NCBI GenBank assembly: GCA_902476355.1
Contig: CABSCS010000003.1
Location: forward strand, 21,882-85,881
Length of the DNA: 64,000 bases
Direction of reading: 5' to 3'
From: an uncultured Eubacteriales bacterium
GTDB lineage: Bacteria > Bacillota > Clostridia > Christensenellales > UBA1242
The translations under genes and the position numbers were made by a program. Under the pieces are notes generated by a model. The model did no database searches. It was not told the DNA's origin and worked only from the letters and a program-made list of their open reading frames with translations. Of the stretch, positions 35,634-44,423 are shown piece after piece; the stretch's first letter is position 1; the number at the start of each line of letters is the position of its first letter.

Positions 35634-36767
35634 TTATTCTCCAAGCATGTCGTCAAAACAATTTGAAAGTTGCATCACTTTTTCATTTGACATATGTCCT
35701 GAAAAGCAAACAACTGTGATTGCATCACCTTTTGGAAGTTTTGCAATTTTCGAAACAAAATTACCATAGATGCTTGCTGGATAGGTTTCAAGAACGCTGA
35801 TAAGCCAAGAAAGATTATCAATCAAAATCACGGTTTTATAGCCAAGAGAGGCATAAAATTTGGCTCTTTCAACGCCGGCTTCGGTCATTTCGATTGTTTC
35901 ATATTCGTCACCAACACTTTCTGCATAAAACTCACTTTTCTTGTGTGTTCTGCTTGCTCCAATTTGTGGTGCAATGCGGTCGTAACAAATTTTTACAATG
36001 CTATATCCAATTTCTTCAAAGGCTTTTTCGGCTTTTTCAATCATTTCTTCTCTTTCAACACCACTTGGTGCATAGACAACAGAAGATTTTTGAGTTTGAA
36101 TTTTCACCTTGCTTGAAATCATCACTTCTTTGCAAGACTCGCTGGTTTTCACCTTTTCAGAATTCACTTTCTCAAATGAAACAAATTCGTCATTCACTTT
36201 AATGATTTGAGCAACTTGATTATATTCGCCAAGAAGATATTCGATAATGTCATCTTCTTGAAGACCATAGTGACTTGCAAGTTCATCGCTGATTTTTGCG
36301 TCATAAAGATTGTCAATAAATTTAAGTTTTCTTGCAACAAATTGATCACCAACATGGCACACAACACCCTTTTTGAGCGTTAGTTCATTGTCTTGTTCAG
36401 CATCGTTCACATATTCTTCTTTTGGGCTGGCAACCTTCATTGAAAGCGCGCCAAGATATGAGAATGAACGATCAAAATCGGCATCATCAACATCTATAAA
36501 TGTTGACGAAACTTTTGGAGATTCTACTTTGTCTATCAAATCAACAAACTTCTGATAGGTTTTTTGACCCGATCTTGTTGGACGACCCCTCAAATTTCCA
36601 TCGCTCTTTTTTTCAATAGTTCCATAGATGATTCCAACAATATAATCAATAAGTTCGCCTTTTTTGAGTGCTGTTGGTGATGGAACGCCAACTTTTCTGC
36701 CAATTTCACGAAGGTCATAGATTCCAAGTTTCATCAAATCTTCACGAGTGTATTGATTTGTTTCCAT
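35634..36767 (-). CDS. Rho-like protein with Rho_N domain and degenerate (P-loop-less) RecA-type domain
   Basis: ATG 36767 follows AAGGAG. The N-terminus, EDLMKLGIYDLREIGRKVGVPSPTALKKGELIDYIV, is Rho_N-like. TVILIDNLSWL aligns with the Rho Walker B region. The Walker A position reads APSGVERE. Confidence 0.55.
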   Translation of the reverse strand: METNQYTREDLMKLGIYDLREIGRKVGVPSPTALKKGELIDYIVGIIYGTIEKKSDGNLRGRPTRSGQKTYQKFVDLIDKVESPKVSSTFIDVDDADFDRSFSYLGALSMKVASPKEEYVNDAEQDNELTLKKGVVCHVGDQFVARKLKFIDNLYDAKISDELASHYGLQEDDIIEYLLGEYNQVAQIIKVNDEFVSFEKVNSEKVKTSESCKEVMISSKVKIQTQKSSVVYAPSGVEREEMIEKAEKAFEEIGYSIVKICYDRIAPQIGASRTHKKSEFYAESVGDEYETIEMTEAGVERAKFYASLGYKTVILIDNLSWLISVLETYPASIYGNFVSKIAKLPKGDAITVVCFSGHMSNEKVMQLSNCFDDMLGE

Positions 36768-36821
36768 ATTCGCTCCTTTATGTGCGTATGATAACATATT
36801 TGTAAAATTTTGTAAACTGTT

Positions 36822-37361
36822 TTAGCCAAAGAAATGCTTTATAATTTCAACAAGTTTAGATTTATAGCGAATATTGTTCACATTTTCACCCTCACTTCCA
36901 ATAAAGCAAAGCGGAGGATAAACCACACACCACCAGTTGTTGCCCGTTCCTGTTCCAAGTTCCAAAATAAGTGCGTCATAATATCCACTTTCAAGAGTGG
37001 TTTCTCCATAACTTCTTGTTGGAAAATATTCATCTGAAAGCCTTGCTTTGGATTTATAGCAAAATCCATTTTCAGCAAGAACAGAGTCTGCAACGCTTTC
37101 AATTTCGGTCAAATTGTCATTCAGAATTTTATAGGCCTTGTCAAAGGTTGTGCCCTCGGCAATTTTTGGTGTTAAAAAATCCACAACTGCCGTCTTCACC
37201 TTATATTTAACCGCTTGGTCGGCTTCGGCATTGCTGTTTGCACGAATGTGCACGCGAAGATAGGCTTGCTTGTCATCATCATTTGTTTTAAGTTTAAACG
37301 CAATAATTGTTCCACACACAAGAACAATAAAGGCTGTTAAAAGTGCAAAGATTTTTTTCAT
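36822..37361 (-). CDS. spoIIR: stage II sporulation protein R
   Basis: 179 aa with a signal anchor. Contains LRVHIRANSNAEADQAVKYKV and NWWCVVYPPLCF, which are SpoIIR hallmarks. Confidence 0.85.
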   Translation of the reverse strand: MKKIFALLTAFIVLVCGTIIAFKLKTNDDDKQAYLRVHIRANSNAEADQAVKYKVKTAVVDFLTPKIAEGTTFDKAYKILNDNLTEIESVADSVLAENGFCYKSKARLSDEYFPTRSYGETTLESGYYDALILELGTGTGNNWWCVVYPPLCFIGSEGENVNNIRYKSKLVEIIKHFFG

Positions 37362-37412
37362 GTTTGTTTTCTCCCATGAAAAAATGATTGTCCGAAACAG
37401 AATTTTTACCAT

Positions 37413-37446
37413 AAAAAAAAGAGCAGATTTTGAAAAATTTGCTCTT
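37413..37446 (-). terminator. rho-independent terminator
   Basis: Minus strand reads AGAGCA-(loop)-TGCTCT followed by TTTTTTTT. Confidence 0.6.
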
Positions 37447-37463
37447 TAAAAGAATAATTATGG

Positions 37464-38957
37464 CTAGAAGTTCAAATTGAGCCCCGAATAAACAACAAGT
37501 CTTGTTCCATTTTCAAGATTTTCAGTAACCCCTGGATTTTGCATCAAGATGTCTTCTGGCTTCATTGAAATTGCCTTTGCAACAGCGAAAAGGTCTTCAC
37601 CCTCTTTTGTCACATAAACACGAATTGCAGAATTAGATTTCACCTTTTCTTCTTTTTCTTCAATACTTTTTACAAATCCGATATATTCTTTGCTGTTTTC
37701 TTTATAGTTCACAAGCGCATCAAGTGCAATTTCAAGAGTATTTGCTTTTAATGTTGCATTTGTAACAACGGTTTTAATTGCATATTCATCATTTTCGGTT
37801 GCGTCTGGAACAAAAATTGAAAATGGAGCAAAATTTTTGAACATTTCGGCATTTGCATTTTCGTCAAGCAAAACTGCTTCAACCATGATTGCACCGTTTA
37901 AAAGTGTTCCGTTGTCTGTTTGGATTTTGTCGGTGATTTCAGCATTTGCTTTAAAAACATAGCCAAGGACGACAACATTTTCAGGAGTTTGAATGGTGGC
38001 AGTAATGCTTTCTTTATAGTTTTCAGATTTTTCAAAGTTTGTTGCGGTCACACATTCATAGGTGTTTTCAACTTCTTTCAATGTTGAGAAAGCATCTTGA
38101 ACCAAAACTGCCATTTCTTTTGAATATACAGCAGTGCAAACTGAAAGTTCAACCGAGAAAACAAGGTTTGTTTTTTGGTCGGTTTCGTTTACAGAAGCAG
38201 TAACCATGAGATTTTCAAGATAAACATCTGCATCGGCAATGTTGTTTGGAACAGTTGAAAGTGCAGAAAGTTCACGTTTAAAGTCAATGTCTTTTGCAAA
38301 AGGCACAACTTTTCCTTCTTGAACAAAAGTTCCGTTTGCGTGAACAGTTCCTTCAATTGTAACAGTGTCGATTCCACAAATCACATTTGCAACCTCGACA
38401 GTTCCATCTGAATAAAGGACATCTGAAACAATTGCTGGAACTTCAAGTTCTGCAACCTCGTTGAAACTGTCAGAAGCAAAAGAAACAACATTTTCATATT
38501 CGTAGGTTTTTTCAAGTTTCACAAAGTCTTCTGAAAGATTTTCAACACTTTGAACTTCTTCTTTAAAAATTCCAAAAGCATCAACATTCACAAGTGATGA
38601 AATTGCAATTTCTGTGCCTGAAAAGCCAGTAATGGTGTTTGCCATTACGTTTGCAGTCAAGAACACATTTTCTTCTTTCACATTTTCAAGTTTGCCGTTC
38701 CACTCGACAACTGCAAGTGCAGAGCAAAGAGTGTTGTCTTCGGTTTGATATGCAATATGATAGGTTGTTTTGCCCGAAAATTTCACATCATCTGCAACTT
38801 TTTCTTTTGTTGTGATTTTTGCCATTGCTTTCACAGTCAAAACCCTTTTAACAGGTTTTTCTGGTTGCACCTCGATTCTTGCGGTGCTTTCAAATTGGTC
38901 TGAGGCAACATTCCTTTTGTTTTGAACAAAGAATGCTTGCTGTTTTTCAAACGCCAT
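37464..38957 (-). CDS. DUF3794 (SPOCS) repeat protein with C-terminal LysM domain
   Basis: 497 aa. The C-terminus, IRVYVTKEGEDLFAVAKAISMKPEDILMQNPGV...LVVY, is LysM-like. Sporulation-gene neighbourhood. Confidence 0.6.
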   Translation of the reverse strand: MAFEKQQAFFVQNKRNVASDQFESTARIEVQPEKPVKRVLTVKAMAKITTKEKVADDVKFSGKTTYHIAYQTEDNTLCSALAVVEWNGKLENVKEENVFLTANVMANTITGFSGTEIAISSLVNVDAFGIFKEEVQSVENLSEDFVKLEKTYEYENVVSFASDSFNEVAELEVPAIVSDVLYSDGTVEVANVICGIDTVTIEGTVHANGTFVQEGKVVPFAKDIDFKRELSALSTVPNNIADADVYLENLMVTASVNETDQKTNLVFSVELSVCTAVYSKEMAVLVQDAFSTLKEVENTYECVTATNFEKSENYKESITATIQTPENVVVLGYVFKANAEITDKIQTDNGTLLNGAIMVEAVLLDENANAEMFKNFAPFSIFVPDATENDEYAIKTVVTNATLKANTLEIALDALVNYKENSKEYIGFVKSIEEKEEKVKSNSAIRVYVTKEGEDLFAVAKAISMKPEDILMQNPGVTENLENGTRLVVYSGLNLNF

Positions 38958-39027
38958 AAATTATCCCCCCTTGTGGTATTGCTATATTTTATAGGGGAAA
39001 TGTTAAAAATATGACAAATTTTAAAAA

Positions 39028-39270
39028 CTATTTTTCTTCTGCAGTTTTGAAAGAAACATCACCACACAAAACTTCGGCATAGGAATATGACACACTTTTC
39101 CCGTTTTCTGGCAAGCGCACTGTGAAAATGCTTGGATATATGCTTTCAACATTTCCAAACACTTGAATCGTTTTGTTTCGTCCACGGTTGATTTCAAGCG
39201 AAACATCTTTCCCTTTGAGTGCCTTGATTTGCTCGATAATATCATTTATTGAAGAATTTACTTTTCTCAT
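39028..39270 (-). CDS. veg: Veg family protein
   Basis: ATG 39270 follows AAGGAGA. The 80-aa product, MRKVNSSINDIIEQIKALKGKDVSLEINRGRNK..., matches Veg. Confidence 0.85.
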   Translation of the reverse strand: MRKVNSSINDIIEQIKALKGKDVSLEINRGRNKTIQVFGNVESIYPSIFTVRLPENGKSVSYSYAEVLCGDVSFKTAEEK

Positions 39271-39355
39271 TTTATCTCCTTGAAGCAAATTTTTCCAAAA
39301 CTGCATGTTTTTATACACAAAAAAAAGAACCCCTTTCAAGGTTCTTTAAAAAATG

Positions 39356-39922
39356 CTATTTCTTCTTTTTCTTTCTTGATGAAAGAAAATCTTCACCATC
39401 ATCGTCGTCATCTTTGTTGTCGTCATCGTCGTCATCGTCAATGTCAACATCGTCAATGTTTCCAATGTCTTCGAAATCGTCGTCATCAACAGATGGGCCA
39501 TGATATTCGTCATCTTCTTCCTCTTCTTCGTCGTCGTCATCATCATCACTGAAATCTTCCATGTCGTCAAGATCAGTAAATCCGTCTGGGGTGTCAAGAG
39601 GTTCGTCTTCAAGAGGTTCGTCACTATTAAGCGCTTCTTGCTCAGGAGAAGGCTCATCCCAATCATCAAGAGGTTTGTCGTCATCATCTGGTTCAGAGTC
39701 ATCAACAACATCATCAATTGAAGAACGCTTTTTAGCGCACTCATCACACATTACTTGGTCAACGGTGATAAGATTTTTTCCGCAGATAGAGCAAAGTTCC
39801 AAATCATCATCTTCTGCTGGTGCAAGTTTAAGTTCTGCCTTGCAAATTGGGCAAAGGTCTTCATCTTGCAAAATATAGTTAAGTTCACATCTAGGGCATT
39901 TTTTATATTTTCCCACAAGCAT
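39356..39922 (-). CDS. zinc-ribbon protein with ~110-aa polyacidic (D/E) tail
   Basis: Contains CPRC..CPIC and CSIC..CDEC pairs, then D/E runs. AAGGAGA RBS. A candidate promoter (TTTACA, 16 nt, TATAAT) lies at 39951..39978. Confidence 0.7.
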   Translation of the reverse strand: MLVGKYKKCPRCELNYILQDEDLCPICKAELKLAPAEDDDLELCSICGKNLITVDQVMCDECAKKRSSIDDVVDDSEPDDDDKPLDDWDEPSPEQEALNSDEPLEDEPLDTPDGFTDLDDMEDFSDDDDDDEEEEEDDEYHGPSVDDDDFEDIGNIDDVDIDDDDDDDNKDDDDDGEDFLSSRKKKKK

Positions 39923-40081
39923 ATCTCCTTATGTGTCTTATTTCTCATATATTATAGCGATAGTTTATGATTTGTAAACAGATTTTATAAACTTTTTGCA
40001 AAAATTTTCCACAATAATAATTTGATATATTTTCTTGCATAATATCACAATGATTTATGTAAATATTATTTTATGTTATTA

Positions 40082-40110
40082 TAAAAAAAGAAGCCACCAA
40101 AAGGGTGGCC
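40082..40110 (-). terminator. rho-independent terminator closing the spo0A downstream region
   Basis: Minus strand reads GCCACC-CTTTT-GGTGGC, then TTC and TTTTTTT. Confidence 0.65.
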
Positions 40111-40130
40111 AATAATGCAAACTTATTTTG

Positions 40131-40205
40131 CTATCATGCATGCAAAGCATGCTATCATGTGAGCGAAGCGAACTATCATGCAAAACTTATGTTTTTGCTA
40201 TCATG
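40131..40205. repeat. phased array of CTATCATG boxes (locus 2)
   Basis: Four exact boxes start at 40131, 40152, 40173 and 40198, giving spacings of 21/21/25 bp. Spacers are palindromic (GCATGCAAAGCATGC, GCAAAAC..GTTTTTGC). Confidence 0.75.
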
Positions 40206-40243
40206 CGAAGCCAGACCGGTTCGCAGAGAGCCGAAACATCCTC

Positions 40244-40552
40244 ATTTAATTGAAGGTTAATTTTACACCTTGTGCTAGGCACATAAAAAAATCCAGGCAC
40301 ATTCAGGTGACGACACCTCATTATCTTTACGTGATAGAGGGTTAAGTTTGCGTTTTCTGTGTTAGTATTTGAAAATTTTCACGCACGAGTTGTTCAGGGT
40401 ACGGCAACCCCACATTTCAATTTAATTGAATGTTAATTTTGCACCTTGTGCTAGGCACATAAAAAAATCCAGGCACGAGTTTATATATAATAAATGACTG
40501 TCTGGACTTTTTTATAGTAACAACGCACAAGGTGTAAAATTAACCTTCAATT
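40244..40552. repeat. repeat complex: 57-nt direct repeat (40244..40300 and 40420..40476) plus a 28-nt inverted copy (40525..40552) overlapping the spo0A stop codon
   Basis: DR1 and DR2 differ at 2 of 57 positions. 40525..40552 is the perfect reverse complement of 40248..40275 and matches 26/28 with the DR2 copy. Confidence 0.8.
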
Positions 40553-41331
40553 AGCATTTTGTCGGCTACCAGGGCTATGAACTCTCCATTTGTTGGCTTT
40601 TCGTTATTAGAGTATACCTTTATTCCGAAAACTGAATTGATATTCTCAATTTTTCCACGATTCCATGCAACTTCAATTGCGTGGCGAATTGCACGCTCTA
40701 CTTTGCTTGCAGATGTTGAAAAACGCTCGGCAATTGATGGATAAAGTTGCTTTGTGATTGAGTTTATCACTTCTGGATTGTCGATTGCCATTTTGATTGC
40801 TTCACGAAGAAAATAGTAGCCTTTGATGTGCGCAGGAATGCCAACAGTGATGAAAATGTTTGTGATTTTTTCTTCAAGTTGTTTATTTCTTGCTGTGTCA
40901 ACAGAGCTGACTTCAACTTCTTTTGGTTTAATGTTTGAAATTTCTTTGCTTTGAGAATTTGTTTCGAACAAATCTTTCACACGTTTTAAAACAAGTTCAG
41001 GAGAAACTGGTTTTATCATGTAATATTCAACACCAAAGTTCATTGCCTTTTGCACAAAGGTTTCGCTTGAAAGCGCACTTGTAACAATAAATTTGCACTT
41101 TGCATCATTGTTCTTTGCTTCTTCAATTACAGAAAAGCCGTCAATGCCTGAAAGCAAAACGTCCAAAACAACAACATCTGGTTTGTTTTGAAGAATGTTG
41201 TTTAATGCTTCTTCCCCATTGTTTGCAATAAAGACAATTGAGACATTCTCGTCCTCCTCAAATAAATTTTTTACAGATTTTAAAAGTTCTTTATTTTCGT
41301 CTGCAACCAAAACACTAAATTGATTTTTCAT
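40540..41331 (-). CDS. spo0A: sporulation master regulator Spo0A
   Basis: ATG 41331. Receiver domain (VLVADEN..VVVLDVLLSGIDG) plus the Spo0A-specific effector signature GIPAHIKGYYFLREAI and SKVERAIRHAIEVAW. Confidence 0.9.
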   Translation of the reverse strand: MKNQFSVLVADENKELLKSVKNLFEEDENVSIVFIANNGEEALNNILQNKPDVVVLDVLLSGIDGFSVIEEAKNNDAKCKFIVTSALSSETFVQKAMNFGVEYYMIKPVSPELVLKRVKDLFETNSQSKEISNIKPKEVEVSSVDTARNKQLEEKITNIFITVGIPAHIKGYYFLREAIKMAIDNPEVINSITKQLYPSIAERFSTSASKVERAIRHAIEVAWNRGKIENINSVFGIKVYSNNEKPTNGEFIALVADKMLIEG

Positions 41332-41548
41332 TTCTACCTCTTTTATATGAATATTTTTTTCTTTGTTCACGAACACAGATATATTATCACATAAAACTGC
41401 ACAATCAAACAAAAGCACAGGGCAGTTGGTGCCGAGTTTTGGTGCATAATGGTCGAATTTGTCAAAATTTATAAAATTTCATTTGAAAATTGAAAAAATT
41501 TAAAGCAGATTAAAGAAAAATGAATAAAAACAGAAAATTTTAAAACAT

Positions 41549-41575
41549 GAAAAAAAGAAGCAAAAATCTGCTTCT
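41549..41575 (-). terminator. terminator after valS
   Basis: GAAGCA-GATTTT-TGCTTC followed by TTTTTTT on the minus strand. Confidence 0.65.
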
Positions 41576-41588
41576 TTTTCTTTTGATA

Positions 41589-44201
41589 TTATTTATTTTT
41601 TGCAAGTTTTTCTTCAAGCGCCAAAAGTGCTTTTTTGTTTTGTTCAAGTTTGTTTTTCTCGGTTTCAACGAGTGCTTGTGGAGCCTTTTCAACAAATCTT
41701 GGGTTTGAAAGCATTTTTTCGCTTCTTTCAACTTCGAACTTCACTTTTGCAATTTGTTCTTCAAGTTCTTTCAAAAGTTCTGCTTTATCTTTCTTTTCAT
41801 CAAGCAAAACGAACTCGCCAAGAGAAGTATAGATAACCTTTCCCTCTCCTTTTTCACTTGTCAAAACAACAGTTGCAAGTTTTTCGATTTCTTCTTTTTC
41901 TGCACCAAGCAAAGCAATGTTTGCAAAATATACTTCGCTTTTCACATTTGAAGCAATCTTTGCATCGGTTTTTGCATTTCTGATAAGTTTGATTGCTTCG
42001 ATGATTTTTTCTTGGTTTTCGAAATCTGCTTTATATGCAGTTACAGCAAATGCTTTTGGGAAAGATGACATCATGATGCTTTCGGTTTCTTTCTTATAAA
42101 AGTCCATGTGCTGATAGATATATTCTGTCACATATGGAATGAATGGATGCAAAAGTTTCAAAATGTTTTCAAAAACAAAGTTCAAAACGCTAACGGTGTT
42201 TTGTTTGTCTTCTCCGCCACGATAGATTGATGGCTTTGAAAGTTCAACATACCAGTCGCAGAAATCGTTCCATGCAAAGTTATAAACGTTTGTAAGCGCC
42301 AAACCAACATCAAATTTTTCAATGTTTGCGGTTACGGTTTTGATAAGCGAAGAAAGTTTTGTCAAAATCCATTTGTCTTTCTTTTCAAGAGTTGTGTGCT
42401 TAATGTCTTTCAATTCAGTTCCTTCGGTGTGAAGAGAAACAAACTTGCTTGCGTTCCAGATTTTGTTGATGAACGCACGAGCATTGTCAACCTTTGTCAT
42501 AGAAAAACGGCTGTCAATTCCCATTGCCATGTCTTTGATAAGGGCAATACGAAGGGCATCAGCACCATATTTGTGAGAAACTTCAAGTGGATCAATTCCG
42601 TTCCCAAGGCTTTTGCTCATTTTTCTGCCCTGCTCATCACGAACAAGACCGTGGATAAGGCAGTTTTTGAATGGAGTTGCACCTGCGCATTCAAAGCCCA
42701 TATAAACCATTTTTGTTGCCCATTGGGTTAAAATGTCATAGGCTGTTACAAGCACAGTTGTTGGATAGAAATATTCAAGTTCGGGTGTTTTTTCTGGCCA
42801 GCCAAGAGTTGAAAATGGCCAAAGCGCAGAAGAAAACCATGTGTCAAGAACGTCGCTGTCTTGGGTGAAATGAGTGTGTCCGCACTTTTCACATTTTGTT
42901 GGCATTTGTTTTGATGCAACAACATTTTTGCAATTGTCACAATAGTAAATTGGAATTCTGTGACCTGTCCAAATTTGACGCGAAATGCACCAGTCTTGAA
43001 TGTTTTCAAGCCAGTGGAAATAGGTCTTTTCAAAGCGTTTTGGATGAATTTTGAGAACACCATCTTTAACAACCTTAATCGCAGGTTTAACAAGTTCTCT
43101 CATTTTTACAAACCATTGTTCTGTGAGCATTGGTTCAATTGGAGTTTTGCAACGTTCGCAAAGACCAACATTGTGAGTGTAATCCTCAACCTTTTCCAAA
43201 AGTCCAAGATTTTGAAGGTCGGCTTCAACTTGTTTTCTTGCTTCTGCAATTGGAAGACCAGCATATTTGCCAGCCTTTTCATTGAGTTTTCCTTCTTTGT
43301 CGATAACTTGAATGAAATCAAGATTATGACGTTTTCCAACCTCATAGTCATTAGGGTCGTGCGCAGGGGTGATTTTTACCATTCCTGTTCCAAAACCAGT
43401 TTCAACATAGTCGTCTGCAATAATTGGAATTTGACGATCTGTAAGTGGCAAACAAAGCATTTTGCCAACGATTTTTTTATAGCGTTTGTCTTTTGGGTTC
43501 ACAGCAACGGCGGTGTCTCCAAACAAAGTTTCAGGGCGTGTTGTTGCAACAACAATATAGCCCGAGCCGTCTGCAAATGGATAGCGAATGTGCCACATGT
43601 GACCAGGCATGTCTTTATAAACAACCTCGTCATCTGAAACAACCGATTTGCAACTTGTGCACCAGTGTGTTTGGCGAGTTCCGCGATAGATATATCCTTT
43701 GTTATAAAGGCGAATGAAGGCTTCAAGAACCGCAGATGTGCTCTTTTCATCCATTGTGAAACGATAGCGTTCCCAGTCTGCAGAAAAGCCCATTTCTTTG
43801 AATTGAGTCATGATTCTGTCGCCATAGGTGCCATACCAAGCCCAAGCCTCTTTATCAAAGGCTACACGACCAATCATCTCTTTGGTTTTGCCCTCATTTT
43901 TAAGTTTTTCAACAATTTTATGTTCGGTTGCAATTGCAGCGTGGTCGGCTCCCGGAACCCAAAGAGCACTGTAACCCTGCATGCGTTTTGTTCGAATTAA
44001 AATATCTTGATAGGTGTTGTCAAGAGCGTGACCGATGTGTGCCTGACTTGTAACATTTGGTGGAGGCATAATGATGCAGAATGGTTTTTTATTTTTGTCT
44101 ACTGTGGCATGAAAATAGTGTTTTTCTTCCCATGTTTTATAAATATCTTTCTCAAAACTTTGTGGCTCATAAGTTTTTTCGTCTTTCATTGAGTTATTCA
44201 T
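41589..44201 (-). CDS. valS: valine--tRNA ligase
   Basis: 870 aa. Contains the HIGH-type motif (SQAHIGHAL), KMSKS, and a C-terminal coiled coil. Confidence 0.95.
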   Translation of the reverse strand: MNNSMKDEKTYEPQSFEKDIYKTWEEKHYFHATVDKNKKPFCIIMPPPNVTSQAHIGHALDNTYQDILIRTKRMQGYSALWVPGADHAAIATEHKIVEKLKNEGKTKEMIGRVAFDKEAWAWYGTYGDRIMTQFKEMGFSADWERYRFTMDEKSTSAVLEAFIRLYNKGYIYRGTRQTHWCTSCKSVVSDDEVVYKDMPGHMWHIRYPFADGSGYIVVATTRPETLFGDTAVAVNPKDKRYKKIVGKMLCLPLTDRQIPIIADDYVETGFGTGMVKITPAHDPNDYEVGKRHNLDFIQVIDKEGKLNEKAGKYAGLPIAEARKQVEADLQNLGLLEKVEDYTHNVGLCERCKTPIEPMLTEQWFVKMRELVKPAIKVVKDGVLKIHPKRFEKTYFHWLENIQDWCISRQIWTGHRIPIYYCDNCKNVVASKQMPTKCEKCGHTHFTQDSDVLDTWFSSALWPFSTLGWPEKTPELEYFYPTTVLVTAYDILTQWATKMVYMGFECAGATPFKNCLIHGLVRDEQGRKMSKSLGNGIDPLEVSHKYGADALRIALIKDMAMGIDSRFSMTKVDNARAFINKIWNASKFVSLHTEGTELKDIKHTTLEKKDKWILTKLSSLIKTVTANIEKFDVGLALTNVYNFAWNDFCDWYVELSKPSIYRGGEDKQNTVSVLNFVFENILKLLHPFIPYVTEYIYQHMDFYKKETESIMMSSFPKAFAVTAYKADFENQEKIIEAIKLIRNAKTDAKIASNVKSEVYFANIALLGAEKEEIEKLATVVLTSEKGEGKVIYTSLGEFVLLDEKKDKAELLKELEEQIAKVKFEVERSEKMLSNPRFVEKAPQALVETEKNKLEQNKKALLALEEKLAKNK

Positions 44202-44210
44202 ATTTTTCTC

Positions 44211-44414
44211 CTAGATTTTGATAAGGCTTTGAAAAAGTGCAAGTGCAAATGCGCACAAGAACAAAACATAGCCAATGATTCGAAGTTGCAATTCTTTGCG
44301 GTTTTGCTTGTCTGGATTTTTTCCTGTGAAAAATTTTGAGCAGAAAACCAACACAAGCCCAGCAAGAAGGCAACAAAACATTAAAACAATTAAAATGATT
44401 TTTAAAACTTTCAT
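44211..44414 (-). CDS. small two-TM membrane protein
   Basis: 67 aa and hydrophobic. Lies 9 nt upstream of valS. Confidence 0.5.
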   Translation of the reverse strand: MKVLKIILIVLMFCCLLAGLVLVFCSKFFTGKNPDKQNRKELQLRIIGYVLFLCAFALALFQSLIKI

Positions 44415-44423
44415 ACTCTCCCC

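Noticed and set aside
39249-39948. Track ORFs in alternative frames or strands across the polyacidic gene: 39249..39503, 39280..39552, 39346..39747, 39500..39721, 39561..39878.
   Set aside because: They are artefacts of the GAT/GAC/GAA repeat coding (Ser/His/Arg-rich or Met/Thr-rich nonsense). Only the 39356..39922 frame has an RBS, zinc-ribbon cysteines and a coherent product.
40206-40236. Shared motif GGCTCTCT(A/G)CGAACCG at 40213..40231, at ~58331..58354 (both minus sense), and a looser copy at 58065..58082.
   Set aside because: Only ~16-19 nt are similar. One copy is simply the rpsI terminator hairpin and the third is weak. This could be chance or part of the repeat families already noted, so it is not reported as a separate feature.
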